Positions 62,412 through 64,000 of a DNA stretch of 64,000 nucleotides are shown here, piece by piece (the first letter of the stretch is position 1; every line of letters starts with the position of its first letter). The position numbers were made by a program, and so were the translations under genes. This stretch comes from Diadema antillarum. Taxonomy: Eukaryota. A model generated the notes under the pieces. The model was given only the letters and a program-made list of their open reading frames with translations. It had not been told where the DNA came from and did no database searches. The stretch spans positions 186,001-250,000 of the forward strand of contig NW_027271458.1 of assembly GCF_040938485.1 (NCBI RefSeq), read 5' to 3'.

Positions 62412-63105
62412 CTTTATTGGACCATTGTCGTGTGAGGAAAAGTAATGTGGATATGATAAGAGGAATGGTAAGACAAAGATCAATTTCAACATTTGCATAA
62501 TATAATAACCTGAGACAGGTAGCAAAGACGTTGGTAGCAACTCCGTGCTCCAGTGGCAGCCATGATACCAACGATTGATTTGAGATCCCAATGAACAGAA
62601 TGTTGTTAAATTCTTGAAAATGTATAATGTGAATTGGCTTGATGTGGAGAGGAAAACCTGCTGGAAAGAACGCAAAATCTAACAGTGTGAGAAACACAGT
62701 GTGACACAATATGAACACAGTGTGGAATCTATTCACACTGTTAAATTCGAGCGTTTTGACAATGTGAACACATTGTAAAGCATCAATTCACAGTATGACA
62801 CAGGACATTACCATGTGAACACTCTGTGAAAACCCAACCACAGTGTGAAATCATCTCCACATTGTTAAATTCGAACGTTTTCACTAAGTCAACTATGTGA
62901 CCACACTCTGAACACACTGTGAGACATTGTGTTCTTTCTAGTGGGCGCATTTCATCGTGTTCTTGTTTTATCATCATCGCGAGGGGTGATATTTGATTGG
63001 ATTTGATAGCACTGATTTCCCACGGGAAAACATATTCCCTGTAAAATTGTTTAAAAAATCATATCAAATATGCATAATTTACTAACCATGACGGATTACA
63101 ATGAT

Positions 63106-64000
63106 TTCAGTTCAGTTCAGTTTTTATTTCTGCATTTCAAAATCAATACAAATCAACAAATCAACAAAATACTTACATAGTCATTTACACAGCTAATATT
63201 CGTAACGTTTGGATCTTACATACATTTTCTTTTCTTTTTTTCAAGAACGAATATCATATATGAAAGGAAGCAATAGGAAATGATAAAAATGAAATGCAGG
63301 GGACCATCATCATAAGCTAAGCTTGACGAGGATGATGGCCCCAGGTAAAGAGATACATAAAGAAAATCTTGCCACTCACTGAGTGGGGGGTAATTGTGCA
63401 ATGGGCTCAACGAAGAGATACATAAAGAAAATCTTGCCACTCACTGAGTGGGAAGTAATTGTGCGAAGGGCGTGCGGTGCAGTGCGGTGTGCATTGTGTT
63501 GGGATGAATCTTGGTTTGTACGTTGAGTGTTATTTTGTGTATCAGTGTGATGAGGTGAATGTTACTTCAGTTATGGCCGTGAACTCATTGTTTAGGGTGT
63601 TTGTTGACCAGGTGGTATGAATATTTATGTGTCAGAAGTATACTGGATTATGAGGGTGTTTTTTAGTTCTCGTTTGAAAATGTTCAACGACGTACGTTGT
63701 TTTAAATTAGGGGGTAAAGAATTCCAAATATCTGGTCCATTGTGCTTTAATGATTTTTGAGCTAAAATGATTCTGGGGTTTTCGAGATGGTAATCGGACG
63801 ACTGACGTGTTGGATATGAATGAACGGTGAAATTTGGAGTGAAGAAGCCATCAAAAATTTTTGGAAGACAATTAAATGTATATTTATACATACAAACAGC
63901 AGTTTGAAAGGCGTGAAGATCCTCAATTTTCAATGTTTTTAGTTGACGAAATAGGGAATTGGATGGGGATAAGTAACGGGAATTGGTAATCAAACGTACA
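63106..64000 (-). mobile_element. 3' end of a CR1-group (Crack/Daphne/L2-like) LINE, running off the window
   Basis: ORF 63625-63993 has the typical C-terminus (LF..L..LK...MYK...LP..F...H.Y.TR...GP.IWNSLP..LK...FKR.LK); 3' UTR ends in AATAAA plus an (AACTG)n tail at ~63106-63130. Confidence 0.8.

Noticed and set aside
62700-62930. CACAGTGTG-rich patch as recombination-signal-like (RSS heptamer) sites
   Set aside because: No nonamer at 12/23 spacing was seen; it looks like an intronic repeat remnant.

Overview
AT-rich, repeat-dense eukaryotic genomic DNA. The intron/exon genes, MITE/SINE/LINE types and receptor family suggest a marine invertebrate, probably an echinoderm; the species is not determinable from sequence alone. 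1-10.5 kb is a pile of nested mobile elements: a Penelope-like RT remnant split by a 1.9-kb hAT-type element with an internal 265-bp tandem array, a HINE/DINE-1-like element, and a 6.5-kb Gmr1-type Gypsy LTR retrotransposon. That retroelement has identical 188-bp LTRs and a 4-bp TSD, yet its gag-pol carries a stop, a frameshift and an in-frame loss of the integrase. 12-55.6 kb is a head-to-tail array of six class A (rhodopsin-like, peptide-receptor-like) GPCR genes, each with a single coding exon, a predicted non-coding first exon and a shared CCAAT + NRF1-type promoter module. Copy 3 is a 5'(copy-4-type)/3'(copy-2-type) hybrid with a premature stop. Copies 4 and 5 arose from a duplication bounded by (TA)n tracts. 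55.9-58.1 kb holds two adjacent non-autonomous Harbinger-like elements with a MADF-like remnant. 61.1-62.4 kb holds the last three exons of a convergent RTN4IP1-like MDR oxidoreductase gene; decayed copies of its terminal exon sit inside the GPCR array at about 31.9 and 36.7 kb, recording how the array was built. A 145-N assembly gap lies at 11583-11727. No rRNA, intact tRNA or CRISPR array was found.
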